Below are positions 34,773 to 38,727 of a stretch of 38,727 nucleotides of DNA, in pieces. Every line of letters begins with the position of its first letter. The first letter of the stretch is position 1. The stretch comes from Octopus sinensis (taxonomy: Eukaryota). Under the pieces are notes generated by a model. It was given only the letters and a program-made list of their open reading frames with translations. It made no database searches and was not told where the DNA came from. The position numbers were made by a program, and so were the translations under genes. Location: contig NW_021835775.1 of the NCBI RefSeq assembly GCF_006345805.1, forward strand, positions 1 to 38,727. Direction: 5' to 3'.

Positions 34773-36811
34773 TTCAGTAGTTTTATTTTTATGGCGTGCA
34801 TTCACTTCACTACCGAGCGCAGCTCTGTATGCCTTAGGTATGTGCTGTGATTTGTTGTACTTTTATGATGGTTATTGTACGGAAAGTGTTCTGCGTCGGA
34901 TGTGTGTAGTGCCTACTAGTGCAATTTTCTGTAGTCTGTAGTCGATCCATGCAATACTGAGGCCTTTCTTCTTTCTGCGGCTATCTTCAGTTATGGCTTT
35001 ATTGATCATTAATTGATCTTTACAGTCATATGAGCCTTTGCGACATCCTTTCTGCTCTTCTGGAAACAGGTTGTTTTCGTCCAGGTGCTTGTTTAATCTT
35101 TGTGATATTACTGCAGTAAATGCTTTGTACATTGTAGGGAGACAGGTTATAGGTCTGTAGTTTTCTGGTTTTGCTGTCTCATTTGATTTGGGAATTAAGA
35201 TTGTTTTCCCCTTCGTGAGCCATTCAGGCATTGTCTCTGGCTCTGCCAGTATGTTGTTAAAGTTTTCAGTCAGCTTTTTGTGTATTCCTGTTAGATATTT
35301 CAACCAGAAGTTGGGGATCTTGTCATGCCCAGGAGCCTTCCAGTTGCTTAGTCTTTGCAGTGCCTGGGTGACCTCTTCAGTTTTTATGGGGGTCCAAAGT
35401 TGCTCAGATGCTATGTTTGTTGTTTTAATATTCCTTTTTTTTTGTTGTTTACTCGCCGACCATATTCCTTTCTAGAATTCTTCCACTTCTTCTGTCGTTG
35501 GTGCTGTAGTGATTTCTATTTTATTTTTACCAAGTTCTTGGTAGAACTTTTTGGGGTTGGAGTTGAACTGTTTGTTTTGTTCAAAGAAGCGCTGGCGTTT
35601 CTCGTATCGGCGGATCTTTTGTGCTTTGGCAAGGATATCTTGCTTTAGCTTTCCTTTTATCTCACGTAAATCTTTTTCTGTGATGTATTTGCACAGTATT
35701 TTTGTTTTCATTTTGTTGCTTAGTAGCGTTGATTGTTTACTGATTTCGTTAAGAATCGACAGATCTTTTCTCATTTTTTGTATTTTCTTTTGGATGTTAT
35801 TTATCCACAGGGTTTGTTTGGGTGGCGGTACTCCTGTTTGGATGGGTTTGAGTGAGTATCCAGCTTCTTTTGTGGCTGCAGTGGCTGCTGCATATACTAA
35901 GTCATTTAGTTCAGTGATATCGCTATTTGTTTCAGTGGCAATTAGTTCTGTGACGGCTAGGTTTATGCTGTTTATAATTGATGTTGTTGTTTTGTCTATT
36001 TTGATTTTTGGGAGATATGGTCGGTGGTCCATCTTGAGATCTGTGTTTTTCAGTTCTTTGATTATTCTACTTTTTATAGTATCATAATCATTAGGCTCCC
36101 CTTCGTTGTTTCCAGGTATTAGATTTATGTCGCTTTCTTTCTCATCCTTATGTTTGTCTGTAGTGATTTGGCTTGCTGCTTGTCGTGCATTATTATGCAA
36201 CCTTACGGTCTGGTTTTGTTGTTTTTTGTTTACATCGTTTTTGTAGGGAATGTTACGTTTGTCTTCGTGTTTTACTATCTCAGTGTTCATATCATTTGGC
36301 ATTGTTGTGTGACTTCTATCTACATTTTCCTGATGTATTTTTTCTTTTAAATGTTCTATTTCTATTTCTGATATTTGTTTTGCGTTGAGAATATATCTTC
36401 GTACGTTAGCTAGTTTATTAGGGTTCATTGCTGTATCCAAGTCTTTATATGTTATTTTTCTTCCATATTTTATATGTATATGTTGTTGTGTTTTCGTTCT
36501 TTGGGTAGAGCACTGCGGTAAAGTAAGCGTGTAGGATTGAAATGTATTCCTCACGTGTCCATTTACGTCTTTTGGTTTTATTTGCGGGACATGAGGAACA
36601 ACGTCCGGTCCATTATTTTGACGGTCGTCATTTTTGTAGGGTACCGGTCCGTTCATTTCTGTTGTCACATTGTTTTGCACGTGTAGTTTTGCGTACTTTC
36701 TGTGTAACAGGTTCAAAGTACGCACTTCCCGATTGTTATTCTTGGGTTGAATAATATCGGTGTTATTTAATTTCTTCGTAGTTTTTTTGTACATGGTGTT
36801 TGGGGCCGGAG

Positions 36812-36812
<1 letters not shown>
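34773..36812 (-). mobile_element. R4/Dong-clade LINE, copy 2, with 5' region and an internal ~1.8-kb deletion of RT core and endonuclease
   Basis: ORFs 35472..36794 and 34872..35303 are in frame, separated by one TAG. WIDY joins directly to LQKIAL at 34931-34943. 3' UTR about 90% identical to copy 1 by eye; (TAA)n on both sides. Confidence 0.92.
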
Positions 36813-36844
<32 letters not shown>

Positions 36845-37362
36845 GAGTGAATATACGAAGCCCAGTATACCCATCATAACTATCCGTTTGATAAGGGTAC
36901 ACTAGGCACATGCATTACAATAATACGTGCGTGACATGGTGATCTCATATCAAGATAAACAGCACATGACGTTGCAAGTGGGGCCCAATTAGAATTTTCT
37001 TCTGGTCGAGTAACCCATCCCGCTCAAAAGGTTCCTGAATAAGGGTTGTTTAAGGCTGTTGAACGAAATACCCATGTATCCATAGGGGAATTATTCAAAC
37101 CCCAAAGAATCCCTCTCAACACATGGCTATGATTCTCCCCCACTACTTCTGCTCGTGATCAGAGATGCACATATCGTCAGTCACTAAGGGACATGCTCAA
37201 CTGGTTATGGTAAAAAAACTGAGAAGCAAATCTATGGTATATAGCAGAATATTTGTTGTAGCCCAGCTTTTATTCCAAGACAAGACAATGTACGTGATGA
37301 CACTTCTACTCATTTAAGATCAGAGACCACCAAATCCACTGCCTGGTACTGCGTCAGGGCAT
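36845..37362 (-). mobile_element. ~520-bp non-coding (TAA)n-associated element, copy 2
   Basis: Reverse-complement homolog of 29248-29781 with a more complete 5' end (ATGCCCTGACGCAGTACCAGGC); (TAA)n on both sides. Confidence 0.85.
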
Positions 37363-37377
37363 TTATTACTGTTATTA

Positions 37378-37418
<41 letters not shown>

Positions 37419-37690
37419 TATTATTATTGTTGTTGTTGTTGTTGTTATTGTTGTTGTTGTAAAAATATCAATTTATATATAATTTCTCGATAATTATTAG
37501 TTACGATATATATATCTATTTATTTATTATGTTTTATGATTATTACTAATTTTATAAAGTGATTTAACGAATTACATATAATCTAATTTGAGAATTAGTT
37601 TTGTAAGACAATATATTATTTAATAGTTAGGTGGTCTATTTATTACGTAGTATTACATTTAAGTAAATTATTTTAATATTAATTTGTAAT

Positions 37691-38273
37691 TTATTTTACT
37701 AAGCCCTTTATAAAATGTAATATTTTGAATTCGCCTTAAATGGTCCATTTACATACTGAATACTTGGTGAAATTGATTAATAAATTAATTTTACCCTCAA
37801 TTGTTGAAATTATAATTCATTTCTCTCTGTTTATTGCTTCGGTTTTCACCGATAAAACATGGTGTTTGCTAGTTTAGCCCACGTGGGTGGAAAGGGAGGG
37901 CAGAAATTCTTCGCTTGCATATTTTGAATTTGTTGGCACTGTTAGTTGAACGGATCTTCGGAGGTGAAAGTCGCCAAAAGGGTATGCTCCTACTTTCAGT
38001 GTTTCAAATCCGAATAGAGAAATTTTGAGGTGGACGAAAGAAATGTCGAATTGTATTTGGTGATCGAGAAACGTACGTTCTCAAATAATCTTTGCACTTG
38101 TGATTTTTTAATGTTTTTACCCCCATACCTTCGTGGGTTATTTGGAGGTAAAGCTATCTGAGAGAAATTTTCTTTACGTATTAGAAATGGCTAAAAAAAT
38201 TTTTTTCGCTGCTATTTAATGAGTTCAGTATGTGGCAAAGTAGTAATTATTTTACTAAGCCCTTTATAAAATG

Positions 38274-38279
<6 letters not shown>
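37691..38279. repeat. Segment bounded by a perfect 33-bp direct repeat
   Basis: TTATTTTACTAAGCCCTTTATAAAATGTAATAT at 37691-37723 and 38247-38279. Confidence 0.85.
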
Positions 38280-38351
<72 letters not shown>

Positions 38352-38396
38352 TATTTATATATATATATATAGATAATATATAATAATATATAATTT

Positions 38397-38439
<43 letters not shown>

Positions 38440-38588
38440 ATATAATATATATATAATATATATATAATATATATATATATATAATATATATATCTATATT
38501 ATATATATATATATAATATAATATATATATATATATAATAATATATATATATATATATATAATATATATATAATATATATATATATAA
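38276..38588. repeat. (TA)n tract
   Basis: Directly visible. Confidence 0.97.
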
Positions 38589-38727
38589 AGCAATAAAGAT
38601 TCAAGTTAATTTAAATGAATTTACTTGAATATGGTACCTAACTTAGATGCACCAAAAAAAACTATACTGTTTTAACAATACAGTAATGTGGGGTGATTAT
38701 AAGCGAGAATGAAGCAACAAGAACGAT

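Noticed and set aside
35188-36754. Hydrophobic plus-strand ORFs over the LINEs
   Set aside because: Antisense shadows of the K/N-rich R4 ORF.
36795-36812. HDV-like ribozyme at the R4 5' end
   Set aside because: GGCCCC is present but no complementary P1 strand or pseudoknot was found downstream.

Overview
AT-rich, microsatellite-dense eukaryotic DNA. The tRNA-derived CORE-type SINEs, (TA)n/(TAA)n/(TATC)n tracts and LINE families look like an Octopus genome; this is inferred from repeat content, not a database hit. No intact protein-coding TE is present. One host gene is supported: two phase-1 exons on + (3390-3626, Ser/Thr-rich; 5675-5904, PAN/Apple-like terminal exon) that splice in frame. 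The rest is mobile DNA: a mariner (DD34D) with both TIRs and TA TSDs, a maT/DD37D-like remnant, a Chapaev3-like remnant, a MITE with an 8-bp TSD, a pogo-like MITE, a head-to-tail Helitron dimer, Penelope-like and CR1 RT fragments, and many SINEs, several nested. Two structures stand out. (1) 28830-29990 is a head-to-head palindromic dimer of a tRNA-head + (TAA)n + minimal hammerhead-ribozyme element; a 520-bp non-coding element later inserted into one (TAA)n spacer. (2) 31660-37450 is a single (TAA)n tract holding, in the same orientation, two R4/Dong-clade RLE LINEs (one 5'-truncated, one internally deleted in frame) and another copy of the 520-bp element. Most ORFs in the supplied track are microsatellite or antisense artefacts. 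SINE-A to SINE-D are local labels. TE edges without a TSD or TIR are approximate.
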